Of a stretch of 64,000 nt of DNA, positions 8,042 to 17,679 are shown one piece after another; position 1 is the stretch's first letter, and each line of letters starts with the position of its first letter. The notes under the pieces are model-generated. The model searched no databases. It saw only the letters and a program-made list of their open reading frames with translations, and was not told the DNA's origin. The translations under genes and the position numbers were made by a program. Source of the DNA: Bacteroidota bacterium (lineage in GTDB: Bacteria; Bacteroidota; Bacteroidia; JAFLBG01); contig JAFLBG010000008.1 of assembly GCA_017303975.1 (NCBI GenBank), positions 30,855 to 94,854 on the forward strand, given 5' to 3'.

Positions 8042-9175
8042 ATGAAAAAGATTTTAATTATAATAGTACTTGTTATTGGAGTATGGATATTTTGGGCAAC
8101 CATAGGACGTTCAGAAGAATGGACAGAATCTAAATCATTCATTGAGCAGCAAGAGTCAATTACGCTAGATTCCTCATGTAGCAGGCACATTGTAGGCATA
8201 CAACCTTACATGCTTACAACTGATTATGCTTCGGAAAAACATTTTTACGAAAAACTAAATACCTATTTTGAAGCTGCTCAAGAGGCTGGTTACTTTAACG
8301 AAAAAACAGTTGTAGTGCTACCGGAATACCTAGGCACCTGGCTTGTTGTAAATGGAGAGAAAAAAAGTGCATTGCATGCAACAACCGTTACTAATGCAAT
8401 GACCATAATGGTTTTGAGCAATCCAATAAAATTTATTCGTTCTCTTTTTAATGGCAAAGGCGAAAAAGATGCATTTGCAGCTGCAATTTTTAAAATGAAA
8501 GCCACTACTATGTCTGCAATCTATTGCAATGTATTTAAAACATTGGCTAGCAAATACCAAGTTGCCATTAGTGCAGGCTCTATCGTACTTCCGTCTCCAA
8601 CTATTAAAAACGAAAACGAAATAAATGTAGACATTACACAACCACTTTACAATTGCAGCTTTGTATTCAATGCAAACGGAACTATCGATCCACAAATTGT
8701 AAAAAAATCTTTTTTAATTGATAGCGAATTATCGTTTTTGCAAGCACATCCTATCAATCAACTTCCGATATACAACTTACCTATAGGAAAAACCAGCGTA
8801 CTTATATGTGCCGATTCATGGTATCCCGAAAGCTATGAGCAGCTAAACAAACTAATGCCCGAAATAGTTTTGGTGGGCTCTTTCTGTGTTGGCAATAAAA
8901 CAATGAATGCAGTTTGGAATGGATACAATGGCTCCGAAAATCCTGCCGATGTTGAAAAATCAGACCTTGGAAAAATTACCGAACAGCAAGCCTGGATAAA
9001 GTATGCTATGCCGGGAAGGATAAGCAGTACAAAAACTCCGCTTGGTGTAAATGTATTTCTTAAAGGAGAATTGTGGGATTTAGGCGCGGATGGAAATCCT
9101 TTTATTGTAAGAGAAGGAAAATTGCAGGATGTAAAAAGCTCTGCAAAGGCCGGAATTTGGAATGTATGTTTTTAA
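8042..9175 (+). CDS. Carbon-nitrogen hydrolase (nitrilase superfamily) protein with N-terminal membrane anchor
   Basis: 377 aa. N-terminal TM MKKILIIIVLVIGVWIFWATI. Candidate Glu-Lys-Cys triad contexts VVVLPEYLGTW, QIVKKSFL, TSVLICADSWYPE. Confidence 0.65.
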   Translation: MKKILIIIVLVIGVWIFWATIGRSEEWTESKSFIEQQESITLDSSCSRHIVGIQPYMLTTDYASEKHFYEKLNTYFEAAQEAGYFNEKTVVVLPEYLGTWLVVNGEKKSALHATTVTNAMTIMVLSNPIKFIRSLFNGKGEKDAFAAAIFKMKATTMSAIYCNVFKTLASKYQVAISAGSIVLPSPTIKNENEINVDITQPLYNCSFVFNANGTIDPQIVKKSFLIDSELSFLQAHPINQLPIYNLPIGKTSVLICADSWYPESYEQLNKLMPEIVLVGSFCVGNKTMNAVWNGYNGSENPADVEKSDLGKITEQQAWIKYAMPGRISSTKTPLGVNVFLKGELWDLGADGNPFIVREGKLQDVKSSAKAGIWNVCF

Positions 9176-9186
9176 ATAAATAAATT

Positions 9187-10434
9187 ATGTGTGATACTTT
9201 TGTTGCTCTGCCAAAGGCTACGACCGATGGCAGTTTAATTCTTTCGAAAAACTCTGACAGAGAGCCGGACGAGGCGCAGGCGATTATACATATTCCACAA
9301 AAAAAGAATACGGAAAAAACTCTCCAGTGCACTTATATTTCTATACCACAAGTTTCAGAAACCTACGAATGCATCTTATCTAAACCTTTTCAAATGTGGG
9401 GTGCAGAAATGGGTGTAAATGCGCATGGACTAGCAATTGGCAACGAAGCTGTTTTTACAAAAGTAAAATTTGACAAGAAAAAAGTTGGATTAACCGGAAT
9501 GGACTTACTGCGGCTTGCGCTGGAGCGCTGCAAAAATGCAAAAGAGGCAATTGATTGCATTACCTCACTGCTAGCTACACACGGTCAAAATGCAAACGGA
9601 GGGTACAAGAATAAAAATTTTTATTACCACAATAGTTTTATTATTGCAGACACCAAAGATGCTTGGGTGCTTGAAACAGCAGGCAATGAATGGGCGCTAG
9701 AAAGGGTAAAAGATATTCGCAGCATTTCTAATAAATTAAGTATTTCCACTAATGCTGACCAATTGAGTTCGGAAGCGAAAACCTTTGCGCAGCAAAATAA
9801 ATGGTGGGATGGAAAATCTGCATTCGATTTTCAAAAGAATTATTCCGACTGGCTTTATACTACTGTTGGCAGAGCTGCAAAACGGCAAGCGTGCACAATG
9901 GAGCTAGGAATGAAAAAAAACGGACAACTAACCATTGCTGATTGTATTTCGATTCTACAAACACACAACATAGAAGAAAGCACATTTAAGCCATCAAAAG
10001 CGAACACCGGTTCCATTTGCATGCACCGCACAAGCCTTTTAAATCCTAGCTCCACAACAGGAAGTATGATCGCCAAGATTAGAAAGCAAGGTGCATATAC
10101 CATTTGGCTAACCGGTACTTCTATGCCATGCTTATCTATTTATATTCCATTTTTCTTTGGAACAAATTCGATGCATAAAATTCCATCTCCTTCTGCTACA
10201 GCTGACAACTCATTGTGGTGGAGAGCAGAAAAAATTCATCAATGGATTTGTAAAGATTACAAAAAGAGAAAGGCTCTTATAAACGAGGAACGCACAGCAC
10301 TTCAACATAAATTTATTACACAAGAAAACGAATTGTTGAGCAAAGACTACACGCTACAAAGCCTAGAAACATTCAGCTCTAACTGTTATGCAGAATACGA
10401 AGAGTTAATTAATCGTTGGAGTAAATTGATGTAA
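9187..10434 (+). CDS. Ntn-hydrolase, peptidase C69 / secernin-like
   Basis: 415 aa beginning MCDTFVALPKATTDGSLILSKNSDREPDEAQ. Cys2 as the N-terminal nucleophile plus KNSDR..DE is the secernin/C69 hallmark. Starts 11 nt after the preceding gene. Confidence 0.7.
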   Translation: MCDTFVALPKATTDGSLILSKNSDREPDEAQAIIHIPQKKNTEKTLQCTYISIPQVSETYECILSKPFQMWGAEMGVNAHGLAIGNEAVFTKVKFDKKKVGLTGMDLLRLALERCKNAKEAIDCITSLLATHGQNANGGYKNKNFYYHNSFIIADTKDAWVLETAGNEWALERVKDIRSISNKLSISTNADQLSSEAKTFAQQNKWWDGKSAFDFQKNYSDWLYTTVGRAAKRQACTMELGMKKNGQLTIADCISILQTHNIEESTFKPSKANTGSICMHRTSLLNPSSTTGSMIAKIRKQGAYTIWLTGTSMPCLSIYIPFFFGTNSMHKIPSPSATADNSLWWRAEKIHQWICKDYKKRKALINEERTALQHKFITQENELLSKDYTLQSLETFSSNCYAEYEELINRWSKLM

Positions 10435-10464
10435 GTTGCGCAATACTAAATAGAGCGAAAGAAA

Positions 10465-11280
10465 TCAATTCAGAATAAACACAAATGTAATAGAGCCGGA
10501 CTGCTCTTTCATACCATCTGTACTAGAATTAAATTTGGTACCTAGTGCAGCTTGTCTGGCTTTTGCATAAAGCAATGCGCTTGTGGTTGTAGAGCCTCGT
10601 CCACCGGGAGTTGCCTTAACAACCTTTCCTGTTTCATCCACCATGATTTCTACCACTACTTTCCCTTCTTCTTGCGAATCATCAATGATATCAGGTGCTC
10701 TTACAATTCTTCTTCCTTTTAAATCGTACTTGAATGCACCTTTTCCGGGTCCTGAATCTCCAAGTCCTTCGCCACCCGGCTTTCCATTTGGATCGCCTTC
10801 ATTTCCGGGCTTACCGGAATTCCCATCGCCTCCCGAGCTTCCGCTTTTCTTGTTCTTCATTTTATTCAGCGCATTCAGCAAATCGCTGCTAGGAGCTTCT
10901 TCTACAGGTTTTACCACAGGAGCTTCTACATTATTCTTAACTTTAATAGCTTTCGTGTTTTTTACAACACTAACATCGATAGGCTCTGCATCGCTTGTCA
11001 GTACATTTTCTCCTTCGGGCTGCGAGGCTTGATTTGTTTTTTGAGGGGTACTATTTTCAGTAGTCTTAGCTTCTCCCATATTTACATCCTCCGTATTGCC
11101 GGTGCCTTCCGTTAAATTTCCAAAATCCATAACACCCAACTCAATACCACCTTCTTCTATTGGAAAAGGCGGCAGTGGTGTTACAATAATTTTAAAGAAC
11201 AAATACAAAAATAGCGCTGCGTGCAACCCAATGGTTACAGCGGCTGCAATAGTTTTGTTCTTTGTTTCCGGATTTGTCAT
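10465..11280 (-). CDS. tonB: TonB-family energy transducer
   Basis: 271 aa. N-terminal TM (IAAAVTIGLHAALFLYLFF), Pro/Gly/Glu-rich linker, C-terminal TonB-like domain GKVVVEIMVDETGKVVKA...ARQAALGTKFN. Directly downstream of exbB-exbD. Confidence 0.8.
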   Translation of the reverse strand: MTNPETKNKTIAAAVTIGLHAALFLYLFFKIIVTPLPPFPIEEGGIELGVMDFGNLTEGTGNTEDVNMGEAKTTENSTPQKTNQASQPEGENVLTSDAEPIDVSVVKNTKAIKVKNNVEAPVVKPVEEAPSSDLLNALNKMKNKKSGSSGGDGNSGKPGNEGDPNGKPGGEGLGDSGPGKGAFKYDLKGRRIVRAPDIIDDSQEEGKVVVEIMVDETGKVVKATPGGRGSTTTSALLYAKARQAALGTKFNSSTDGMKEQSGSITFVFILN

Positions 11281-11290
11281 AATATGCTAA

Positions 11291-11692
11291 TTATCCGTTG
11301 GGTGGTTTTGTAGCCAATACCATTTTAATGTTTAGCTTATAACCTATTTGCAATACATCTGCCAAGTCCTGAACAGCAAGTGTGTTATCTAGCCTAAGAA
11401 TAACAACCGGATCTTTTACTTTTTCTGTTAGAATTTTTAGCGCATTCTCCATATCGCTGAATGGAATTGGCGTATTATTTATATAATAATTTCTGTCGGC
11501 AGTTACTTCAATCGTAATTTTTTGCTTAGGTAACTGATCGGAGTGAGACGAATTAGGCAACGTAAGCTTTATGATATTTGGATTTGCTAATGTTGACAAA
11601 ATAAGAAAAAACAAAAGCAGAAAGAACATAATGTCGTTCAACGACTCTGTGCTTACTTCCGCTGCTTCACGGTGTTTTCGTTTCAAATTCAT
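11291..11692 (-). CDS. exbD: ExbD/TolR biopolymer transport protein
   Basis: 133 aa. Single TM (LNDIMFFLLLFFLIL) followed by a periplasmic ExbD-type domain. Sits between exbB and tonB. Confidence 0.85.
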   Translation of the reverse strand: MNLKRKHREAAEVSTESLNDIMFFLLLFFLILSTLANPNIIKLTLPNSSHSDQLPKQKITIEVTADRNYYINNTPIPFSDMENALKILTEKVKDPVVILRLDNTLAVQDLADVLQIGYKLNIKMVLATKPPNG

Positions 11693-11698
11693 GGTGCC

Positions 11699-12424
11699 TT
11701 ATTTTGTAGGTTCTTGCAATAAATCAATAAATTCAGCTGCTCCAAGTTCCATGTTTTGTATTGCCTTGTCTAACATGGTATTTATGATATAATACGAAAT
11801 GTAAGACAAAAGCCCAACTACTAGACCAGATGCACTTGTTATCATTTTTTGGTACAACCCTTTCGAAATTGTTTTTATCGCAATGTCTCCTGTTAATCCA
11901 ATATCGTAAAAAATAACAATTACGCCCATAATGGTACCTACGAAACCTAGTATTGGAGCTATTTTCCCAATGATGCTGAGGATGCTTGTGTTTTTCTCTA
12001 ATTTATACACTTCTGCTTTACCAACACTCTCCATAGCCGCTTCAATTTCCTTGATTGGTTTACCAATTCTAGAAATACCCTTTTCTACCATTCTCGCTAA
12101 AGGGCCGTAAGTGGCTTTGCATGTAGCTTTTGCGGCATCCATATTCCCGTTATGAATAAGATCTTTGATATTGTGCATAAACAAAGGATCTATTTTAGAA
12201 GCTTTACGAATAGTCATAAAACGTTCTATCAAAATATAAATGGTTAGCACAGACAACAACCCAATCGGAATCATAATAGGACCACCTTTCATGATTAATT
12301 CAATTAATTGAAACGAATCTTCTGTAGGTGCAGTTGGCACTACGACCTGAGCTGTTTGTGTCAACGTATCTGCTACAGTGGTGGTTGCAGCCGGATTGGT
12401 AATTTGCAAAAGAGTAGTAAACAT
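11699..12424 (-). CDS. exbB: MotA/TolQ/ExbB proton-channel protein
   Basis: 241 aa. Three TM segments and the conserved C-terminal block GTIMGVI...ASGLVVGLL typical of ExbB/TolQ. Confidence 0.85.
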   Translation of the reverse strand: MFTTLLQITNPAATTTVADTLTQTAQVVVPTAPTEDSFQLIELIMKGGPIMIPIGLLSVLTIYILIERFMTIRKASKIDPLFMHNIKDLIHNGNMDAAKATCKATYGPLARMVEKGISRIGKPIKEIEAAMESVGKAEVYKLEKNTSILSIIGKIAPILGFVGTIMGVIVIFYDIGLTGDIAIKTISKGLYQKMITSASGLVVGLLSYISYYIINTMLDKAIQNMELGAAEFIDLLQEPTK

Positions 12425-12562
12425 AGTATAGATTTTATAACGTACTAATTTAAAAAGCTTCTGTGGTAAGTTATTTGTTTGTGCGTGTAGTTATAAACAA
12501 TACTATGTTAGTTGATAGTGTGTTTGTAATAAACTAATTTAGTAGCGGATTTATTGTATATA

Positions 12563-13510
12563 ATGAAAAAAACACTTTATATCCTTTTTGCAATTGTCGG
12601 CATATTTGTAGTTGGCAACTCTTTTAGAATGCCCCCTATTATAGATACAGAAGAGGCATTAGGCAAGAAACTTTTTTTCGAAACAGCACTCTCCAAAGAT
12701 AGCTCCATCAGCTGTGCATCGTGCCACATACCACAATTTGCTTTTGCAGATACGGTTGCATTTAGCAAAGGTGTAAATAATAAATTAGGATTGAGAAATA
12801 CGCCCTCTGTAATGAATATGTCTGCCCGCAGTAGTTTTTTTTATGACGGCAGAGCCACAACATTAGAAGACCAAGTCCATTTTCCGATAGAAGACAAAAA
12901 TGAAATGAATGTACTTTTAGAAGAGGTGGTAAAAAGGCTTAACAGCGATGCAACCTACAGAAAGTTATTTAAGAAAATATATAAATCATCGGCAACCAAA
13001 GCCACTGTAACGTCCGCAATTGCGGCTTACGAACGAACACTTGAAAGCCCCGGCACTTCGTTTGATAAATACCAGCGAGGAGACACCTCTGCGATTAGTG
13101 CATCGGCAAAAAGAGGGCACAAGCTATTTGTAAGCGACAGAGCGAAATGTTTTGAGTGTCATTTTAGCCCGGATTTTACAGCGGATGAATTTAAAAACAT
13201 TGGCTTGTACGATGGCATAACCTATACGGATGTAGGAAGATTTTCTGTAACCAAAGACAGTAACGATATTGGCAAATTCAAAGTGCCTGGCTTGCGTAAT
13301 GTAGCTGTAACAGCGCCATACATGCACAATGGTATGTTTAAAACATTGGCAGAGGTTATTGAGTATTATTCAAATCCTTATCAGTTTATTGCCAAGCCAC
13401 TATTTGTAGATTCTTTGGTAAAACAACCCATTCATTTTACTGCACAAGAAAAACAAGATTTACTACACTTTTTAGAAAGCTTAACGGATGCTGAATTTAG
13501 ACGAAAATAG
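12563..13510 (+). CDS. Di-haem cytochrome c peroxidase (CCP/MauG family)
   Basis: Two haem-c motifs, CASCH and CFECH, plus VPGLRNVAVTAPYMHNG. Signal-like N-terminus. ATG 12563 preferred over the TTG at 12554 used in the ORF track. Confidence 0.9.
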   Translation: MKKTLYILFAIVGIFVVGNSFRMPPIIDTEEALGKKLFFETALSKDSSISCASCHIPQFAFADTVAFSKGVNNKLGLRNTPSVMNMSARSSFFYDGRATTLEDQVHFPIEDKNEMNVLLEEVVKRLNSDATYRKLFKKIYKSSATKATVTSAIAAYERTLESPGTSFDKYQRGDTSAISASAKRGHKLFVSDRAKCFECHFSPDFTADEFKNIGLYDGITYTDVGRFSVTKDSNDIGKFKVPGLRNVAVTAPYMHNGMFKTLAEVIEYYSNPYQFIAKPLFVDSLVKQPIHFTAQEKQDLLHFLESLTDAEFRRK

Positions 13511-13513
13511 TCT

Positions 13514-14665
13514 TTACGCGTTTTGTAAATTATTTTTTTTATGCACTTCAACTACTTGTAAATAGAGCGATTCGTAGATAGGCAATATTTTTTCTATGTC
13601 AAATTTTTGGGCTTGGGTAAATGCATTTTCCTTAAACTGCTCCAGTCGCTTTTCGTCCGATAAAATATAAATAGCATTCTTTGCCATATCATCCACATCG
13701 CCTACATTGCTGAGCGTTCCGGAATAGTTGTGAATATTAACTTCCGGAATTCCACCTGTGTTGGTAGATACAACAGGCACTTTACTAGCCATAGCTTCTA
13801 GTGCTGCCAACCCAAAACTTTCTGTTTCGGAAGTAAGTAAAAATAAATCGGCTATGCGCAATACTTGTTCGGTGTCACGCAGTTTTCCTAGCCATATAAT
13901 ATTGCCACATGTGTTTAATTCACGGCACAATTTTTCAATATTGGATCGTTCCGGTCCATCTCCTACCAACAAGAGTTTAGAAGGAATCTCGGCACTTACC
14001 TTTTGAAAAATACGTAACACATCTTCTACTCGTTTTACTTTCCTAAAATTTGAAACATGAATCAAAATTTTTTCGCCATAAGGAGCATACATTTTTTTGC
14101 TGCACTCATTTTTTTCGTTGGTATACTTTTCAAAGCTTATAAAATTGGGTATTACATGAATATCTTTTTTTATGCTAAAATATTTATACGTGTCTGCCTT
14201 CAAGTTTTCCGACACTGCTGTAATGGCATCGCTTTGATTCATTGCAAAAGTGATAGCAGGTTCGAAAGATGCGTCTTTACCCAACAACGTGATATCTGTA
14301 CCATGTAATGTGGTAATAAATGGAATATGAATTCCTTGCGAAGCAAGAATTTGTTTTGCCATATATGCCGCAGATGCATGTGGTATGGCATAGTGTACGT
14401 GCAGCACATCTAGTTTTTCGTATTTTACAACATCTACCATTTTACTCGACAAAACAACTTCGTAAGGCGCATATTCAAACAATGGATAATCAGAAACAAT
14501 TACCTCGTGATAAAATATATTTGGAGTAAACACATCTAATTTTACCGGCTGACTATAGGTAATAAAGTGAACCTGATGTCCTTTGGCAGCTAATGCTTTG
14601 CCTAATTCAGTGGCTACAACGCCACTTCCTCCGTATGTTGGATAACAAACAATTCCGATTTTCAT
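13514..14665 (-). CDS. bshA: GT4 glycosyltransferase, N-acetyl-alpha-D-glucosaminyl L-malate synthase (bacillithiol biosynthesis) type
   Basis: N-terminus MKIGIVCYPTYGGSGVVATELGKALAAKGHQVHFI and C-terminal E..ESFGLAALEAMA motif match my recollection of BshA. ATG 14665 preferred over the upstream TTG 14692. Confidence 0.75.
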   Translation of the reverse strand: MKIGIVCYPTYGGSGVVATELGKALAAKGHQVHFITYSQPVKLDVFTPNIFYHEVIVSDYPLFEYAPYEVVLSSKMVDVVKYEKLDVLHVHYAIPHASAAYMAKQILASQGIHIPFITTLHGTDITLLGKDASFEPAITFAMNQSDAITAVSENLKADTYKYFSIKKDIHVIPNFISFEKYTNEKNECSKKMYAPYGEKILIHVSNFRKVKRVEDVLRIFQKVSAEIPSKLLLVGDGPERSNIEKLCRELNTCGNIIWLGKLRDTEQVLRIADLFLLTSETESFGLAALEAMASKVPVVSTNTGGIPEVNIHNYSGTLSNVGDVDDMAKNAIYILSDEKRLEQFKENAFTQAQKFDIEKILPIYESLYLQVVEVHKKNNLQNA

Positions 14666-14721
14666 AATTTTTTTCTTAGTATGACCTCGCAAAGGTAACT
14701 ATTCTAGATTTATGCATAAAA

Positions 14722-14760
14722 ATGGGGCGGGGCAAGTATATTATACTTGCCCCGCCCCAT
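14722..14760 (-). terminator. Rho-independent terminator (perfect GC-rich palindrome, bidirectional architecture)
   Basis: atggggcggggcaagtata / tatacttgccccgccccat are 19-nt perfect inverted arms. Flanked by an A-run on the left and a T-run on the right. Lies 26 nt downstream of the stop of the 14786..16681 minus-strand gene. Confidence 0.75.
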
Positions 14761-14785
14761 TTTTTATAAACTATGTAACTTGAAG

Positions 14786-16681
14786 TTATTCTTTAATCAA
14801 TTTTTGAACTTCTTTTCCTTCATTAGAAACTAGTTCTACAAAATATATTCCTGAAACCAATTCAGAAATAGCCAATTTAGTTTCTGCAGAATTTAGTGTA
14901 ACTGTTTTAACTACCACTCCACTGTAGTTGTAAATAGTAAGCACTGCAGTTTCTTCTTCACTTAGTGTAGTTTTTACAGTAAGTTCGTCTTTAGCTGGAT
15001 TAGGATATACTGCCAGCGATAAAGAGTTTTCTTCCATTGAAGTTTTGAATGAATTATTGAAATTATTCTCTTCCGCTTGTTCTTCAGGTGCTAAAGCTAC
15101 ACCACTTAATTTATATTTAACAAAAAAGCTTACACCATAATCAAGTGTATTCACAACCATTTTGTTAGTTGGACTTGAAACTAACATTTTATAGGTTCCT
15201 TTAGTAGCTACCCCTGTAACTACAACCTCGTTGTTATACGCAGTAATGGCAGCAGCACTTGCATTTCCTGTTACTGCAGTAATTCTGTTTTTCCAAAGCA
15301 AAGAATAGTTTCCGGTAGTTTTAAGTTTAGCCATATAAATATCGGAAGTATAAATATTGCTATTGCTATTTGCCCCTGTAATTGTTGTTGCATAATAAAT
15401 ATTGGAATTCTTATCCATAAAAGTGCTTATTCCAAACTCATTATATCCAACCTTAACATCAGAAAAGGAAGCCAAGAAATTTCCGTTCTTATCAAACTTT
15501 CCAAACACAATGGTAGTTTTATTGTCTTGTCCGTTATAGGTATCACCACCACCAAATTGAATTGTCTCTAAATCTCCTAATAAAGTAGAAACGGTATGTA
15601 TGTTACCCATTTTATCCGACATAATCGTAGCACGCCCGTTTACTTGGTTAATTTTTTTCATCCAAGAATATTGCATCAATGGATTGTATTTTACAATTAC
15701 CAAATCAGCAGTCTCTGAACTTAATGTATTTTGACCAAACAATTTTTGTGTTGATGCCAAATCAAAATCAACTCCATTAGCACCTCCGGCTTCAGTTCCG
15801 TATACGTTTGCCGAAATAACTATGTTCTTAGAGGCATCAATAATCATGTTAGAAATGTAAACGTTGTTACCGTTCGCATCAATCTTACCATGATTTAAAT
15901 ATTTTAAATCAGAGTCCAATTTTATTATGGCAATGTCGCTTGTATTTAAAGCTACGTCTTTAATAGCGGTTGATGGATTTGCATCTATTTTCCCATTAAC
16001 ACCGTGATTTTCTACTGCTAGTAACAAAGAACCATTCATATCGGTGGTTGCATCTTGAATATTAAGGTATGGCTTGCTGTTTGCAGATGCTTTTATAATA
16101 GCCGATTTTAATGTTGTTCCGTTAGCACTTAAACGAAGAACAAGAATGTCTGCATATAAATTAGTGGATTGGGAAGACGTATAAACAACACTATTAAACT
16201 TCAACTTACCTGCAAAACGACAAACAACATATAAGCCACTCTTGTTATTAAGAGTTAAAATGTCGCTTACTGCTACATAGCTATCATTTGTAAGTAGCTC
16301 CATTTTTTTAGCCCACTTGTATGCACCTGTATTCAGGTCGTAAGCAGATAACGTAGGAATGCCTGTTAGATGGCCATAGGCAAAATCCTCTGCATCATCA
16401 AGTGTAGGGAATTTAATTGCATTAATTGCCCCCGTTAGATTAGCCTTCTTTGTTGAAGGATCAAAATCTGTAGTTTCTCCTTGGTACAGCTCAGATAGGT
16501 AATACATATTCTTGCCGGTTGTATCAAGAATTGTAGTTGTAAAAGCACCGGCCTCATCGAATGTACTAAGCGGTGAACCTGCAAATTGTTGTTTCCAAGA
16601 AATGGTGGCTTGTGAAAATGTTTGATTGGTAGTTAATACAATGCCTAGCAATGCACTAACTGACAGTAGTGATTTTTTCAT
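14786..16681 (-). CDS. Secreted protein with T9SS type-A C-terminal sorting domain (Por secretion tail)
   Basis: 631 aa. Signal peptide MKKSLLSVSALLGIVLT. C-terminal ~80 aa LAVYPNPAKDELTVKT...YNYSGVVVKTVTL...LVSGIYFVELVSNEGKEVQKLIKE is the canonical type-A CTD pattern. The body looks beta-propeller/repeat-like. Confidence 0.75.
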   Translation of the reverse strand: MKKSLLSVSALLGIVLTTNQTFSQATISWKQQFAGSPLSTFDEAGAFTTTILDTTGKNMYYLSELYQGETTDFDPSTKKANLTGAINAIKFPTLDDAEDFAYGHLTGIPTLSAYDLNTGAYKWAKKMELLTNDSYVAVSDILTLNNKSGLYVVCRFAGKLKFNSVVYTSSQSTNLYADILVLRLSANGTTLKSAIIKASANSKPYLNIQDATTDMNGSLLLAVENHGVNGKIDANPSTAIKDVALNTSDIAIIKLDSDLKYLNHGKIDANGNNVYISNMIIDASKNIVISANVYGTEAGGANGVDFDLASTQKLFGQNTLSSETADLVIVKYNPLMQYSWMKKINQVNGRATIMSDKMGNIHTVSTLLGDLETIQFGGGDTYNGQDNKTTIVFGKFDKNGNFLASFSDVKVGYNEFGISTFMDKNSNIYYATTITGANSNSNIYTSDIYMAKLKTTGNYSLLWKNRITAVTGNASAAAITAYNNEVVVTGVATKGTYKMLVSSPTNKMVVNTLDYGVSFFVKYKLSGVALAPEEQAEENNFNNSFKTSMEENSLSLAVYPNPAKDELTVKTTLSEEETAVLTIYNYSGVVVKTVTLNSAETKLAISELVSGIYFVELVSNEGKEVQKLIKE

Positions 16682-16707
16682 TTGGGTTAAATTTGGTTAA
16701 GTTGGCG

Positions 16708-16715
16708 CAAAGGTA
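16708..16715 (-). promoter_or_regulatory. Candidate -7 box (TAnnTTTG on the minus strand)
   Basis: Plus-strand caaaggta is tacctttg on the minus strand. About 27 nt upstream of the ATG at 16681. Confidence 0.3.
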
Positions 16716-17046
16716 ATGCAAAAACAGATGTACTCAAACTAATTTATAATAAAGTGTAACTCAAATTTAGGGCAATGTCTCTTGCAATAATTTCAAAATC
16801 AATGCTTTTAGACATGAAGTTGTGAATAGTCCTGATATGAAAAATTCTGTTTATTCGGATTATTAAGTTCGAAATAATAATTTATCGCCAATGATATATC
16901 AACATGCAATGTCAAATATTGTTAATATTGTTACAGCAATAAGGTTTTGATTGTCAATTAATTGTATAGATACAAACAATTCGATGTTAATAAACGCGCA
17001 TAGATATTAACAAATCGGGCAGCTGCTTAAAGTAATTTTGTTTCTG

Positions 17047-17676
17047 ATGCAAGCTAAACTAACAACATACCTATTTTATTTTTTAGTGAGTGTTTGCTTT
17101 GTAACAAAAGCTGAGAAATGCTATGTAGAAGCGAAGGATAGCGAAAATGCAAACCAAATTGTTGCCACCTTTAAAATAAAATCTATTCATCTTACAGCAG
17201 ATGGAATGATAAACTGGACCACATTGAATGAAACAGGGTCATTACCATTTATTATAGAACAATATCAATTTGATAGATGGGTAAAAATTGGGCAAGTAAT
17301 GGGAATGGGCACAGTTGAGGCCAACTCCTATTCCTATAATATAGTTTATCATGCTGGGATAAATAAATTTAGAGTCAAACAAAAAGGATACGATAGAATT
17401 GCACGTTACTCCGAAGCGGTTACGTTTGTGAGTGAAACGGAAGAAATAAATTACAAAATAGTGCAGTCGAACAGAGTTGTAGAATTTTCGAACAACACCT
17501 TCTTTGTTCTCTACAACATGTATGGCGATGTGCTTGCACAAGGCTTTGCCAACAGCCTTGATATTACATACCTTGATAGTGGAAATTACCTTTTAGTGTA
17601 TGACAATAAGCTTGCTACTTTTAAAAAGAAAAAAGTTTTGTTTAAAGAGTCACCCTATTTTGCGATGGCATTTTAG
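17047..17676 (+). CDS. Hypothetical secreted protein, possible small T9SS cargo
   Basis: 209 aa from ATG 17047. Hydrophobic N-terminus. The C-terminal segment VVEFSNNTFFVLYNMYGDVLAQGFANSLDITYLDSGNYLLVYDNKLATFKKKK loosely resembles a type-A CTD. Confidence 0.45.
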   Translation: MQAKLTTYLFYFLVSVCFVTKAEKCYVEAKDSENANQIVATFKIKSIHLTADGMINWTTLNETGSLPFIIEQYQFDRWVKIGQVMGMGTVEANSYSYNIVYHAGINKFRVKQKGYDRIARYSEAVTFVSETEEINYKIVQSNRVVEFSNNTFFVLYNMYGDVLAQGFANSLDITYLDSGNYLLVYDNKLATFKKKKVLFKESPYFAMAF

Positions 17677-17679
17677 CCG

